DNA from: Nannocystis bainbridge
Lineage (GTDB): Bacteria > Myxococcota_A > Polyangia > Nannocystales > Nannocystaceae
Length of the DNA stretch: 64,000 nucleotides
Assembly (NCBI RefSeq): GCF_028368995.1
Contig: NZ_JAQNDL010000001.1
Location: 4,224,001 to 4,288,000 of the forward strand
Reading direction: 5' to 3'
In this document: piece after piece, positions 18,623 through 29,578 of the stretch
How the letters are laid out: each line of letters starts with the position of its first letter
How positions within the stretch are numbered: position 1 is the first letter of the stretch
The notes under the pieces: generated by a model
What the model was told of the DNA's origin: nothing
Databases searched by the model: none
The model's input: only the letters and a program-made list of their open reading frames with translations
Program-made: the position numbers and the translations under genes

Positions 18623-20500
18623 CTAATCAGAGTACATGCGCTGCCACTGCTCGAGCACGATGAGCGACCAGATCCGCAGCGCGTGGTCGCGGGTGCCGCG
18701 GCGGTGCTCGCCGACGATGCGCGCCACCCCGTTGACGTCGAACAGCCCGCGCCGGCGGATCACGTCCGGGTGCAGCCAGTCGGCGACGATGCGCGCCTCG
18801 GCCGCCTTGAGCCAGGCCCCGAACGGCGCCGAGAACCCGAGCTTCTTGCGCTTCAGCACCTCGGGCGGCAGCCACTCGCCGGCGATCTTGCGCAGCACTC
18901 GCTTCGACGCCAGCGCCGTCACCCGCATCGACGACGGCGCCGCCGCCATCTGCTCGAGCAGCACGTGGTCGCAGAACGGCACCCGCACCTCGAGCCCGTG
19001 GGCCATGCTCATGCGGTCGGTCGAGCGCAGCACGTTCTCGGGCAGAAACCCGTGGATGTCGGCGTACCAGGCCCTTGCGACCAGGTCCCCGACGGCAGGG
19101 CGGTCGAACGTCGCGGCGATGAAGTTCGGCCCGCGCACCGCCGCGATCCGCCGCGCCGTCTCGGGCGCGTAGGGCCGGTCGCGGGCCGTGTCGGCGCCCT
19201 TGCCGACCCACGCCGCGTAGCGCTCGCCCGGCGGCAGCGTCAGGCTGTCGAGGAATTGCCGGCCCCAGCGGCGCATGCTCAGCGCCGTCGTCGGCTCGCC
19301 CAGCACCCGCAGCGCCCGCCCGGCCAGCGCGATCGCCCCCGGCGGCACCCGCCCCAGGTGCTCGGAGATCCGCAGCCCGCGGTAGCGCGGGTAGCCGCCG
19401 AACACCTCGTCGCCGCCGTCGCCCGCCAGCGCCACCGTCACCCGCTGACGCGCGAACCGTGACAGGTGATAGGCCAGCAGCGCCGTCCACGACCCGAACG
19501 GCTCGTCGAAGCCTTCGACCATCGCCGCCAGGTCGTCGAGGATGTCGATCTTCAGCTCGAGCTCGTGGTGCGACAGCCCGAAGTGCCGCGCCACCGCCCG
19601 CGCGTGGTGCCGCTCCTCGTAGCTGGCCCCCTCCGGCCCGTAGCCGACGCAGAACGTCTGCAGCGCCGCGCCCCGGCTCGCCAGCGCCGCGACGATCGTC
19701 GACGAGTCGAGCCCGCCCGACAGGAACGCCCCCACCGGCACGTCCGCCACCGTGTGCAGCTCGATCGCCTCGGCCAGCGTCGGCGCCACCGCCTCGGCCC
19801 ACGCCTCGACGCTCTGCAGCCGCGGGTCCGGCGACCGCGGCTCGCAGTCCCACCACTGCGAGATCGTCACCTGTCCTTCACGCCAGGTCATGCGGTGCCC
19901 CGGCAGCAGCTGCCGCACCCCGGCGAAGATCGTTCGCGGCGCCGGGACATAGTAGAGCTCGAGGTAGGCATCGAGCGCCGCGAGGTCGAGCGAGCGGTCG
20001 ACCGCCGGGCAGCGCAGCAGCGCCTTCGGCTCCGACGCGAACAGCAGCACCCCGCCCGCCAGCTCGGCGTAATAGAGCGGCTTCTGCCCCAGCCGGTCGC
20101 GCACCAGGTGCAGCTCGCGGGTCCGCCGGTCCCACAACGCGAACGCGAACATGCCCCGCAGCCGCTGCAGTGCCGCCGGCCCCTCGCGTCGCCACAGCTC
20201 GAGGATCACCTCGGTGTCGCCGCGCGTGCGCAGCGGGACGCCGGCGGCCAGCAGTTCGGCGCGCAGGGCCGCGAAGTTGTAGATCTCGCCGTTGTAGACG
20301 ATGACGAGGTCGCCGCTGGCGTCGGCCATCGGCTGGGGGCTGCCGGCGAGGTCGAGGATCGCCAGACGACGGTGCCCGAGCCCGACCTCCGGCTCGAGAT
20401 GCACACCCTCGCCGTCGGGTCCGCGATGCTGCAGCGCCGCGGTCATGCTGGCCACCAGCGCCGCGTCGCTCGCCCCGACCATGCCGGCGATGCCGCACAT
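18623..20500 (-). CDS. asnB: asparagine synthase (glutamine-hydrolysing) family amidotransferase
   Basis: N-terminal MCGIAG (Ntn Cys), HRRLAILD, NGEIYNF, FLSGGLDSS, GDGGDEVFGGY, EVRVPF. Confidence 0.93.
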   Translation of the reverse strand: MCGIAGMVGASDAALVASMTAALQHRGPDGEGVHLEPEVGLGHRRLAILDLAGSPQPMADASGDLVIVYNGEIYNFAALRAELLAAGVPLRTRGDTEVILELWRREGPAALQRLRGMFAFALWDRRTRELHLVRDRLGQKPLYYAELAGGVLLFASEPKALLRCPAVDRSLDLAALDAYLELYYVPAPRTIFAGVRQLLPGHRMTWREGQVTISQWWDCEPRSPDPRLQSVEAWAEAVAPTLAEAIELHTVADVPVGAFLSGGLDSSTIVAALASRGAALQTFCVGYGPEGASYEERHHARAVARHFGLSHHELELKIDILDDLAAMVEGFDEPFGSWTALLAYHLSRFARQRVTVALAGDGGDEVFGGYPRYRGLRISEHLGRVPPGAIALAGRALRVLGEPTTALSMRRWGRQFLDSLTLPPGERYAAWVGKGADTARDRPYAPETARRIAAVRGPNFIAATFDRPAVGDLVARAWYADIHGFLPENVLRSTDRMSMAHGLEVRVPFCDHVLLEQMAAAPSSMRVTALASKRVLRKIAGEWLPPEVLKRKKLGFSAPFGAWLKAAEARIVADWLHPDVIRRRGLFDVNGVARIVGEHRRGTRDHALRIWSLIVLEQWQRMYSD

Positions 20501-20611
20501 CAGAGCCGACCCCCCACCATGCGCGCGCGTCGGCCAGATTCGGGTCCCCAGGGCGCCATCCACGGCGAGCTTGGCATACTATGGCCCGGCCCGCCTGAAG
20601 CCGCCCTCATC

Positions 20612-21655
20612 ATGACCGCCGCGACCGACGCCCCCACCGACGCCCCCACCGTCGAACCCGTCGAAGCCTGCCCGGTCTGCGGCGCCCACGACCGCCGCCC
20701 CCTGCTCCCCGAGGTCCACGCGATCGGCGTCGTCCGCTGCCGCGCCTGCGACCTGGTCCACGCCACCGGCCACTACGCCGCCACCTACCTCAGCGAGTCC
20801 TACTACGCCGCGCGCGCCCGGCAGCGCGAGTCGTCGACGCGCCCGGCCGCGCGAGTCAGCGGCCGCAAGCGCCGCAACGTCGAGCTCTACGATCGCCTCA
20901 GCGGCGGCCGCCTCGGTCACCCCCGCGCCGGCGCCCGCGCCCTCGACATCGGCTGCGACACCGGCCTCCTGCTCGATGTCCTGCGCGAGCTCGGCTACCA
21001 CACCGAGGGCATCGAGCGCTCGCCCGCCGGGACCCAGGCCCAGGCCGCCGGCCACGAGGTCCACGCCCTCGACATCGAGGCGACCGACCTCGGCCTCGGC
21101 CGCTTCGACCTCATCACCATGACCCACGTGCTCGAGCACCTGCGCGAGCCGGTGCGCGGCCTGGTGTGGATCCGCCGCCACCTGGCCCCGGGCGGCCTGG
21201 CCGTGATCGAGGTCCCCAACTGGGGCGATCTCCTGCGACCGCTGTGGGGCCGCAGCTTCCGTCCGCTCGAGCTCGGCGACCACATCAGCTTCTTCGAGCG
21301 CGCCACCTTCACCGCCGCCCTGACCCGCGCTGGTCTCGAGCCCGAGATCTTGTGGAGCGCCCCGCAGCTCGGCACTTCGCTGGCGCCGAGTTTGCTCACT
21401 GCCGCCGACCTCGCCCTGGGCCTCCGCCGCCGCCTCGGCCGCTCCGCCCAGGCGCCCGCGGTCGCCGGCGTCGCCGGCAAGCGCCTCCAGTCCTCGAACC
21501 AGGGCCGGCGATGGCAGCGCCTCGCCGGACCTCTGGTCGTCCGCGGCCTCGACACCCTCGGCAGCGCGCTCGGCCCGTGGCTCGAAGGCGTGTTCGGAGC
21601 CCACTGCAGCTGGGGTGCGAACCTCGTGGTCGTCGCCCGGGCCCACGCCGCCTGA
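20612..21655 (+). CDS. class I SAM-dependent methyltransferase with N-terminal Zn ribbon
   Basis: CPVC...CRAC, LDIGCDTG, HVLEHLREP, LAPGG...IEVPN. Confidence 0.85.
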   Translation: MTAATDAPTDAPTVEPVEACPVCGAHDRRPLLPEVHAIGVVRCRACDLVHATGHYAATYLSESYYAARARQRESSTRPAARVSGRKRRNVELYDRLSGGRLGHPRAGARALDIGCDTGLLLDVLRELGYHTEGIERSPAGTQAQAAGHEVHALDIEATDLGLGRFDLITMTHVLEHLREPVRGLVWIRRHLAPGGLAVIEVPNWGDLLRPLWGRSFRPLELGDHISFFERATFTAALTRAGLEPEILWSAPQLGTSLAPSLLTAADLALGLRRRLGRSAQAPAVAGVAGKRLQSSNQGRRWQRLAGPLVVRGLDTLGSALGPWLEGVFGAHCSWGANLVVVARAHAA

Positions 21656-21793
21656 CGCGGCAGCAAAAAGCCCCTCCATCCCCGGGGCTTTGCCCCCCTC
21701 TTTTCGGGTGTCGGGACCCTCGGATCTTGCTTGACTTCCGCGTCGAACCGGAGCATCTTCCTGGCCCCTCGCACCGAAAGGCGCTGGGGCTCG

Positions 21794-21870
<77 letters not shown>

Positions 21871-21878
21871 GAGTAGCG

Positions 21879-21916
21879 AAGCCCCGAAACCAACCGGTTT
21901 CGGGGCTTTGTGTTTT
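21879..21916 (+). terminator. rho-independent terminator after tRNA-Asp
   Basis: AAGCCCCGAAACC-aacc-GGTTTCGGGGCTT followed by TGTGTTTT. Confidence 0.85.
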
Positions 21917-21920
21917 GGTC

Positions 21921-21992
21921 GCCACACGGCCCGGACGCGCCACACGGCCCGGACGCGCCACACGGCCCGGACGCGCCACACGGCCCGGACGC
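21921..21992. repeat. 18-bp tandem repeat x4 (GCCACACGGCCCGGACGC)
   Basis: Four identical consecutive copies. Confidence 0.95.
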
Positions 21993-22065
21993 GTCGCACC
22001 AGCCTCGCACCGCGAGGCCGAGGCCGACGCCCGGACCGAGCGCCCAGCCTCCCGGTCCGCGGACC

Positions 22066-22596
22066 TCAGAGCGTCGAGTAGACCGCGTGCCGGCCGACGC
22101 CGATGCGCTCGAGCCGGCCCTGCTTCACCAGCGCCCCGAGGTGGTGCCGCAGCACCTTGCGATCGATGCGCGAGTACTCGGCGATGTCCTCGATCGTCAC
22201 GTCGCCGTTGCCCTCGATGAAGGGCAGCACCTGGCGCGCGACCTCGTCGGTGGACAGCCCGCCGTCCTCGGGCACCTCTTCCTTCTCCTTCTTCAGCGCC
22301 TTGGCCTCGGCCTCGACCTCGGCCAGCTCCTCCTCGAGGATCCGGCGCTTCTTCTTGCGACCGGTCGGCTCGGGCTCGACAGCCACCGGCTCGGCCGGGG
22401 CACCGAAGCCGTCGCGCAGGTCGCCGAGGGTGATCTTCCCGAACTGCGCCCACAGGCCACGAGCCTCGAGGAATTGGACCAGGTCCCCCAGCGACACCGT
22501 GTCGCGGTTCTTGAGGCCCTTGAGCGTCTCGAGCGCGCTCAGCCGCTCGAGCGCGCCGCTCTCGGCGCGGAAAATGGCACTGGCTTCACGTGTCAT
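22066..22596 (-). CDS. hypothetical DNA-binding protein with C-terminal winged HTH
   Basis: C-terminal VLPFIEGNGDVTIEDIAEYSRIDRKVLRHHLGALVKQGRLERIG...Y pattern; charged linker. Confidence 0.75.
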   Translation of the reverse strand: MTREASAIFRAESGALERLSALETLKGLKNRDTVSLGDLVQFLEARGLWAQFGKITLGDLRDGFGAPAEPVAVEPEPTGRKKKRRILEEELAEVEAEAKALKKEKEEVPEDGGLSTDEVARQVLPFIEGNGDVTIEDIAEYSRIDRKVLRHHLGALVKQGRLERIGVGRHAVYSTL

Positions 22597-23065
22597 GGAT
22601 GTTCCAGATCGGGGCGCTGCGGCCGTTCTGACGGCGCTACGCGCTTCGGCGGGTATTGCTCATCCGATCGGCCCGCGCAAGCCGCGATCGGCCGGGTCCT
22701 CGGGAGGGATTGCTCGGACCCACTCGGGGAATCACCGATGCTTGGAGAGATCTCTTCACCGCCGCCGCACGTGTGCGTGAACCCGCGCCCCTGAGTGTAC
22801 GTAAGCGCCCCTACAGGTACGAGTCCTGGTAACCCCAGAGCGGTTGTGGACAGCTTTGGCGCGGATTCCGCTATTCGGCGAGCCCCCCGCCTTGTGCGGA
22901 CCGCGCGAACCCGTCGAGCCACCTCGATGCGCGCCTGAACGGCATTCCGGATTCGCGCGGGACAGGCGAGCGTCACAGCGGAATTCCTGTGGATGCGGAA
23001 GGGGCGCAAGCCCCCGCCCTAGAGCCTGCCGACGGGCAAACAGCGCGGAGCGCGGAAGTTCTCTG

Positions 23066-23112
23066 CCCCAACATGTCGTGCTACAAGGCCCCTCACCCAC
23101 AAGATGTGGGGG
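23066..23112 (+). promoter_or_regulatory. tandem NrdR boxes upstream of nrdJ
   Basis: cccCaAcATgTcGtgc (23066) and ccaCaAgATgTgGggg (23097) fit consensus acaCwAtATaTwGtgt and start 31 bp apart. Confidence 0.8.
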
Positions 23113-23331
23113 TCGAGGGGCGCTTCTGTCCGGCTTGCATCCGGGTGCTCCTCGGTCCATTTCTGCCCGACTTCACAATTCCGCCCCTGCTGCTCGTCTT
23201 CGCTCGCCCCGCACCTGGGGTCCGCGCGGAGCCTGGTCGCGGCTGGCCGGGTCTTGCTTTCGCAAGGCCGGTCGCGCATTTCACGCCCCCCCCCCCGTCA
23301 ACGAGCCTCCTGCCCCCGGAGTCGCCCCGCT

Positions 23332-26300
23332 ATGAAGCTGTCCCGGCTGTTCACCACCGATCAACCCCGACCTTTCTCCGGCATCGAGTTCGAGCGCCGG
23401 AGCTCGCGGATCACCAACCCTGACGGGACTGTGGTGTTCGAGGCGAGCAACATCCAGGTCCCCAAGGGTTGGTCGCAGGTCGCGGTCGACATCATGGCGC
23501 AGAAGTACTTCCGCAAGGCCGGCGTGCCCGCTCGCCTGCGCAAGGTCGCCGAGGACGGCGTGCCCGAGTGGCTGTGGCGCAGCGAGGCCGACACCGACGC
23601 GCTGGCCGCCCTCCCGCCCGAGCAGCGCTCGGTCGGCGAGGCCGACAGCCGCCAGCTGTTCCACCGCCTCGCCGGCTGCTGGACCTACTGGGGCTTCAAG
23701 CACGGCTACTTCAGCGACGAGGACTCGGCCCGCGCCTTTTACGACGAGCTGACCACCATGCTCGCCGATCAGGCGGTCGCGCCGAACAGCCCGCAGTGGT
23801 TCAACACCGGCCTGCACTGGGCCTACGGCATCACCGGCCCGGCCCAGGGTCACAGCTACTGCGACCCGGTCACCGGTGAGCTCGGCCTGTCGAACAACGC
23901 CTACGAGCGCCCGCAGCCGCACGCCTGCTTCATCTCCTCGGTCAGCGACGACCTCGTCGGCCAGGGCGGCATCATGGACCTGTGGGTCCGCGAGGCTCGC
24001 CTCTTCAAGTACGGCTCGGGCACCGGCACCAACTTCTCCACCCTCCGCGGCGAGGGCGAGCCGCTGTCGGGCGGCGGTCGCAGCAGCGGCCTGATGAGCT
24101 TCCTGAAGATCGGCGACCGCGCCGCCGGGGCGATCAAGAGCGGCGGCACCACCCGGCGCGCCGCCAAGATGGTCATCGTCGACGTCGACCACCCCGACGT
24201 CGAGAAGTTCATCGACTGGAAGGTCATCGAGGAGCAGAAGGTCGCCGCGCTGGTCGCCGGCAGCCGCCTGTGCAACCGCCACCTCAACCTGGTCCTCGGG
24301 GCGTGCCACGACGTCGCCCTCACCGGCGACGACCGCTTCGACCCGCGCAAGAACAAGGGCCTGCGCGCGGCGATCCGCAGCGCCCGCGCCGCCGAGATCC
24401 CCGAGAGCTACGTGCAGCGGGCGATCGCCCTCGCCAAGCAGGGCGCCCGCGAGATCGAGTTCACCGAGTACGACACCAACTGGGACAGCGAGGCCTACGG
24501 CACCGTCTCCGGCCAGAACTCGAACAACTCGGTGCGCGTCACCGACGAGTTCCTGCGCGCCGTCGAGGAGGACAACAGCTGGGACCTCATCCGCCGCAGC
24601 GACCGCAAGGTCCACCGCACCGTGCGGGCGCGCGAGCTGTGGGACAAGGTCACCTTCTCCGCGTGGGCCTGCGCCGACCCCGGCCTGCAGTTCGACACCA
24701 CCATCAACGAGTGGCACACCTGCCCGAACGACGGCCGGATCAACGGGTCGAACCCGTGCTCCGAGTACATGTTCCTCGACGACACGGCCTGCAACCTGGC
24801 GTCGCTGAACCTGGCCAAGTTCCTCACCCGCACCAGCGGCGCCGCCGACCTCGACCTCGACGTCGAGGCCGTGCGTCACGCCTGCAAGCTGTGGACGATC
24901 GTGCTCGAGGTCTCGGTCCTGATGGCCCAGTTCCCGAGCGAGGCGATCGCGGTCCGCAGCTACAAGTACCGCACCCTCGGCCTCGGCTACGCCAACCTCG
25001 GCACCTACTTCATGCTGCGCGGCATCGCCTACGACAGCGAGCTGGCGGTGGCGATCTGCGGCGGCGTCACGGCCCTGATGACCGCGGCCTGCTACAGCAC
25101 CAGCGCCGAGCTGGCGCGCGAGCACGGCCCCTTCCCCGGCTACGCCGCCAACCGCGAGCCGATGCTGCGGGTCATCCGCAACCACCGCCGCGCCGCCTAC
25201 AACGCCTCGCGCGCCGAGTACGAGGGCCTGTCGATCGCGCCGATGGGCATCGCCCAGCACGTGTGCCCGAGCTACCTGCTCAAGGCCGCCCAGGCCGAGT
25301 GGGACGCCGCCCTGCACCTCGGCGAGCAGCACGGCTACCGCAACGCCCAGGTCACCGTCATCGCCCCGACCGGCACCATCGGCCTGCTGATGGACTGCGA
25401 CACCACCGGCATCGAGCCTGACTTCGCCCTCGTGAAGTTCAAGAAGCTCGCCGGTGGCGGCTACTTCAAAATCATCAACCAGTCGGTGCCCGCCGCCCTC
25501 GGCACTCTCGGCTACTCCGAGACGCAGATCACCGACATCGTCCGCTACTGCAAGGGCGCCGGCACCCTCGTCGGCAGCCCGCGGATCTCCCACACCGACC
25601 TCAAGCGCAAGGGCTTCACCGACGAGGTGCTCGCGCGCATCGAGTCGGAGCTGGCCGGCGCCTTCGAGATCGGCTTCGTCTTCAACCGCTACGTCCTCGG
25701 CGACGACTTCTGCCGCGACGTCCTCAAGTTCAGCGACGCCCAGCTCAACGACCCGGGCTTCAACATCCTCGAGGGCCTCGGCTTCTCCGTCGAGGACATC
25801 CAGCGCGCCAACGACTTCGTGTGCGGCACCATGACCGTCGAGGGCGCCCCGCACCTGCGCGCCCAGCACCTGCCGGTGTTCGACTGCGCCAACAAGTGCG
25901 GCCGCTACGGCACCCGCTACATCGCCCCGATGGCGCACGTGCGCATGATGGCCGCCGCCCAGCCGTTCCTGTCCGGCGCGATCAGCAAGACGATCAACAT
26001 GCCGAGCGACGCCACCGTGCGCGAGGTCGAGAGCGTCTACCTCGCCTCGTGGAAGTACGCGCTCAAGGCCAACGCCCTCTACCGCGACGGCAGCAAGCTG
26101 AGCCAGCCGCTGTCGTCCGCGCTCGCGGTCGAGGCCGAGGACGACATGGGCGACGCGCTGGCGACCACGCAGCCGCAGGTGATCGAGAAGGTCACCGAGC
26201 GGATCGTCCACCGCTACCTCGCCAAGCGCCGGCGCATGCCGGACCGCCGCGGTGGTTACACGCAGAAGGCGACCATCGGCGGCCACAAGGTCTACATCCA

Positions 26301-26973
26301 CACCGGCGAGTACCAGGATGGTTCGCTCGGCGAGATCTTCATCGGCATGCACAAGGAGGGCGCCGCCTTCCGCAGCCTGATGAACTGCTTCGCCATCGCC
26401 ATCAGCCTCGGCCTGCAGTACGGCGTCCCGCTCGAGGAGTACGTCGACGCCTTCGTGTTCAGCCGCTTCGAGCCCGCCGGCCCGGTGGTCGGCAACTCGC
26501 GGATCAAGATGTCGACCTCGATCATCGACTACATCTTCCGCGAGCTCGCCGTCACCTACCTCGACCGCAACGAGCTGGCCCACGTCAACCCCGAGGACCT
26601 CGAGCCCGACACGCTCGGCGACCAGAGCCAGAACGAGGCCGTCGAGTTCCAGGACGAAGAGGTCGTCTCGGAGCGCATCGTCACCCCCGGCCCGCTCAAG
26701 CTCAGCGCCAACCTCCCGCGCGGCCCGGTGCCCAGCCAGAAGCGCCACGCGATCGAGGTCGAGGACCGCACCGCCGCCGCCGAACCGGCCCGCGCCGCCA
26801 AGCCGCGCCCGGCCGCCGCCGCTGCCGCCCCCAGCGTCAGCGAGCAGGTCCGCGTCGCCCGCATGTCCGGCTACGAAGGCGACGCTTGCGGCTCGTGCGG
26901 CAGCTTCACGATGGTCCGCAACGGCTCCTGCCTGAAGTGCGTCAGCTGCGGCGCCACCAGCGGCTGCTCGTGA
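23332..26973 (+). CDS. nrdJ: vitamin B12-dependent (class II) ribonucleotide reductase with TSCPD domain and C-terminal Zn ribbon
   Basis: [53 protein letters not shown], terminal CGSC...[11 protein letters not shown]. Confidence 0.97.
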   Translation: MKLSRLFTTDQPRPFSGIEFERRSSRITNPDGTVVFEASNIQVPKGWSQVAVDIMAQKYFRKAGVPARLRKVAEDGVPEWLWRSEADTDALAALPPEQRSVGEADSRQLFHRLAGCWTYWGFKHGYFSDEDSARAFYDELTTMLADQAVAPNSPQWFNTGLHWAYGITGPAQGHSYCDPVTGELGLSNNAYERPQPHACFISSVSDDLVGQGGIMDLWVREARLFKYGSGTGTNFSTLRGEGEPLSGGGRSSGLMSFLKIGDRAAGAIKSGGTTRRAAKMVIVDVDHPDVEKFIDWKVIEEQKVAALVAGSRLCNRHLNLVLGACHDVALTGDDRFDPRKNKGLRAAIRSARAAEIPESYVQRAIALAKQGAREIEFTEYDTNWDSEAYGTVSGQNSNNSVRVTDEFLRAVEEDNSWDLIRRSDRKVHRTVRARELWDKVTFSAWACADPGLQFDTTINEWHTCPNDGRINGSNPCSEYMFLDDTACNLASLNLAKFLTRTSGAADLDLDVEAVRHACKLWTIVLEVSVLMAQFPSEAIAVRSYKYRTLGLGYANLGTYFMLRGIAYDSELAVAICGGVTALMTAACYSTSAELAREHGPFPGYAANREPMLRVIRNHRRAAYNASRAEYEGLSIAPMGIAQHVCPSYLLKAAQAEWDAALHLGEQHGYRNAQVTVIAPTGTIGLLMDCDTTGIEPDFALVKFKKLAGGGYFKIINQSVPAALGTLGYSETQITDIVRYCKGAGTLVGSPRISHTDLKRKGFTDEVLARIESELAGAFEIGFVFNRYVLGDDFCRDVLKFSDAQLNDPGFNILEGLGFSVEDIQRANDFVCGTMTVEGAPHLRAQHLPVFDCANKCGRYGTRYIAPMAHVRMMAAAQPFLSGAISKTINMPSDATVREVESVYLASWKYALKANALYRDGSKLSQPLSSALAVEAEDDMGDALATTQPQVIEKVTERIVHRYLAKRRRMPDRRGGYTQKATIGGHKVYIHTGEYQDGSLGEIFIGMHKEGAAFRSLMNCFAIAISLGLQYGVPLEEYVDAFVFSRFEPAGPVVGNSRIKMSTSIIDYIFRELAVTYLDRNELAHVNPEDLEPDTLGDQSQNEAVEFQDEEVVSERIVTPGPLKLSANLPRGPVPSQKRHAIEVEDRTAAAEPARAAKPRPAAAAAAPSVSEQVRVARMSGYEGDACGSCGSFTMVRNGSCLKCVSCGATSGCS

Positions 26974-27107
26974 ACGACCGGCGGCGCGCGGATCTTGCCT
27001 TCCAAGCGGGATCCGCGCCTCGCCTCGCTGCACCACTGTTGCTCGCCGGGTGCCCGGCGGTACTCTTGGCCGATGATGATGGCCGGGTCGCCGCGTAGGG
27101 ACACACC

Positions 27108-28496
27108 ATGACAGCCAAGCTCCGCGCCGTCGCGTTGGTCGGGGTGGGCATGCTCTTTGGGGCAGGTCTCTCGGGATATGTCCAATCGGCCATCGCCCAG
27201 CCTGGCGCGCAGGTCGCCCAGTCGGCCCCGGCCGACTACTCGCGCTACCGCAAGCTCGACATGTTCGCGCGGGCGCTGACCATCCTCGAGAATCACTACG
27301 TCCGCCCCGTCGACAGCGAGAAGCTCATCTACGGCGCGATCGCCGGGCTCGTCGCCGAGCTCGACCCGCACAGCGAGTTCCTCCCCCCGCGCGAGGCTCG
27401 CCTGCTCCGCGAGGACATCGAGGGCAGCTTCGGCGGCGTCGGCATGGTCGTCATCCTCCGCCAGGAGACCCAGCCGCAGGCGCGCTACGTCCTCGAGGTC
27501 CGCGAGGTCGTCGCCAAGGGCCCGGCCGAGCGCGCCGGCGTGGTCGTCGGCGACCTCATCCCCTCGATCGAGGGCAAGCCGATCAGCCACTTCTTCGACC
27601 TTCGGCGCGCCATCATGGCGATGCGCGGCGCACCTGGCACGAAGGTCAGCTTCACCCTCGAGCGTCCTGCCCCCAAGGTCGACGGCAAGCCCGGCAAGCC
27701 GAGCGTGCGCAGCCTCGTCGTCACCCGCGAGTACATCGACAGCCCCGCCGTCACCAGCCGCATGCTCGGCGAGGGCCTCGGTCACGTGCGCCTGCGCGAC
27801 TTCTCCGAGACCAGCGGGCGCGAGCTGTCGGCCGCGCTCGCCAGCTTGCGCGACCAATCGCGCGACGGCCTCAGCGGCGTCGTCCTCGACCTGCGCGACA
27901 ACGGCGGCGGCCTGCTCGACCAGGCGATCGCCATCGTCGACCTGTTCGTCAACGAGGGCTCGATCGTCCGCACCCGCGGCCGCCGCGGCGAGCTGCTCGA
28001 CGAAGCCCGCGCCGTCCCTGGCTCGGCCTGGTCCAAGCTCCCGATCGTCGTCCTCGTCAACAAGTCCTCCGCCTCCGCCTCCGAGATCGTCGCCGGTGCG
28101 CTGCAAGATCACCGGCGCGCCCTCATCGTCGGCGAGCGCACCTACGGCAAGGGCTCCGTGCAGGCCCCGTTCGAGCTCGGCGACGGCTCGCTGCTCAAGC
28201 TGACCATCGCCCTCTACTACACTCCCAACGATCGTCTCATCCAGGCCAGCGGGATCCAGCCCGACGTCGTCGTAGGCGCCGACTTCCGGCCTTACAAGGA
28301 CAGCCAGCCCGAGCTCGAGCCCGAGCGCGCCCAGCCGCGGCACCTCAAGCCCGAGGAATTCGGCTACCCCGCCGTCCCGCTGACCGACGACAGCGAGGCC
28401 GTGCGCGGCGCTGCCGAGGACGCCCAGCTGCGCGTCGCCGTGCAGCACCTGCGCGGCCTCGTGCGGGTGCCCGCGCGCGGCGGTCGTCGGAGGTGA
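27108..28496 (+). CDS. ctpA: carboxyl-terminal processing protease, S41A (CtpA-like)
   Basis: LDPHS, PDZ, LDLRDNGGGLL, SASASEIVAGALQD, TYGKGSVQ. Confidence 0.93.
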   Translation: MTAKLRAVALVGVGMLFGAGLSGYVQSAIAQPGAQVAQSAPADYSRYRKLDMFARALTILENHYVRPVDSEKLIYGAIAGLVAELDPHSEFLPPREARLLREDIEGSFGGVGMVVILRQETQPQARYVLEVREVVAKGPAERAGVVVGDLIPSIEGKPISHFFDLRRAIMAMRGAPGTKVSFTLERPAPKVDGKPGKPSVRSLVVTREYIDSPAVTSRMLGEGLGHVRLRDFSETSGRELSAALASLRDQSRDGLSGVVLDLRDNGGGLLDQAIAIVDLFVNEGSIVRTRGRRGELLDEARAVPGSAWSKLPIVVLVNKSSASASEIVAGALQDHRRALIVGERTYGKGSVQAPFELGDGSLLKLTIALYYTPNDRLIQASGIQPDVVVGADFRPYKDSQPELEPERAQPRHLKPEEFGYPAVPLTDDSEAVRGAAEDAQLRVAVQHLRGLVRVPARGGRRR

Positions 28497-29449
28497 CTCT
28501 GGACCCGACCGGCGATCGGCTGCTTCGGCCCGCTGCGATGCCGCGGTGGGCTCGCGTCTCCTTGATCGCCTGGTGGGTGCTCGCGGCGCTGCTGTTTTGG
28601 CTCGCACCGGCGCCGCCGCCCGCTCCGCTCGCGGCCGCCGAGGACGAGGCGATCTTCCAGCGCCAGCTCGACGAGACCGTCGCGCGCACGCGTCGCTGGC
28701 AGGACTCGCGCGGCGACCTGACGATCCCCTGGCACCAGGCGCGCGGCCACCTTGCGATCGTCATCGACGACATCGGCCGCGAGCTCCACCACTTCGATCG
28801 GCTGCTCGCGCTGCGCTTCCCTTTGACCTTCAGCGTCGTCCCGGGCGGCGTCTACGCCGTCGGCGCGCAGCTCCGGCTGTGCGGCGACCGTCGCCGGCCG
28901 CGGGAGATCCTCCTTCATCTCCCGAGCGAGCCGCTCGACCCAGACAAGATGACCGCCGGTCCCGAAGCGCGGGAGCAATTCCTCCGCGTGGGCGCCTCGG
29001 CCGACGACCTGCGCGCGGCGCTGCGAGCGGCGCTGGAGCGGGTCCCCACGGCTGTCGGCGTCAACAATCACATGGGCTCGCGGCTCACTGCCGACCGGGC
29101 CGCCATGGACGCGCTGATGCCCGAGCTGTGGGCGCGCGGCCTCTTCTTCCTCGACTCGCGGACGACCGCGCACAGCCAGGGCCTCGCCGCCGCGGACGCC
29201 GCGGGGGTCCCCACGCTCGGGCGCGACGTGTTTTTGGACCACGATCCGCGCCCCGAAGCGATTTTGGCCCAGCTTCGGCAGGCAGCTGCCCGCGCGCGCG
29301 AGGCCCCGACCGTCGTCATTGCCCATCCTTCGCAGGAGGTCGTGGAGGCCCTGCGGACCGAGCTTCCGCGACTGCACCGGGACGGGATCGGCATCTATCC
29401 GCTGCGCGAGATCCTCGCGCGTCGCGGCCTCGACAAAGTGCGGGAGTGA
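28493..29449 (+). CDS. divergent polysaccharide deacetylase family protein (YibQ-like)
   Basis: AIVIDDIG, LLHLP, GVNNHMGS, FFLDSRT, RDVFLD, IAHP; typical position after ctpA. Confidence 0.9.
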   Translation: MTLDPTGDRLLRPAAMPRWARVSLIAWWVLAALLFWLAPAPPPAPLAAAEDEAIFQRQLDETVARTRRWQDSRGDLTIPWHQARGHLAIVIDDIGRELHHFDRLLALRFPLTFSVVPGGVYAVGAQLRLCGDRRRPREILLHLPSEPLDPDKMTAGPEAREQFLRVGASADDLRAALRAALERVPTAVGVNNHMGSRLTADRAAMDALMPELWARGLFFLDSRTTAHSQGLAAADAAGVPTLGRDVFLDHDPRPEAILAQLRQAAARAREAPTVVIAHPSQEVVEALRTELPRLHRDGIGIYPLREILARRGLDKVRE

Positions 29450-29578
29450 ACGTTGTTATTGCCGAAAGCGGCAGCAACGGCTGGGTTGGCTGGCTCCGAA
29501 CGTGCGGATGCGGAGCCGCGGCGCCGCGGCCTCGCTTGACAGTAATTCGCTGAACTTCCTACCCTGAAGCTCACACGG

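Noticed and set aside
22780-22995. oriC-like DnaA boxes (TGTGGACAG, TGTGGATG) or a structured RNA
   Set aside because: Only two imperfect boxes, no AT-rich unwinding element or dnaA; a single 10-bp stem (22780-22867) is too little in such GC-rich DNA.
23332-26973. Intein or intron in nrdJ; cobalamin riboswitch upstream
   Set aside because: The ORF is continuous with the expected motifs and no splice-junction or LAGLIDADG signatures; no B12-box recognised in the leader.
23281-27036. Long antisense and alternate-frame ORFs (e.g. 23281-27036 -, 12350-15001 +, 33286-35604 -, 58238-60478 -)
   Set aside because: Shadow ORFs expected in high-GC DNA; they overlap well-supported genes and have no recognisable domains.
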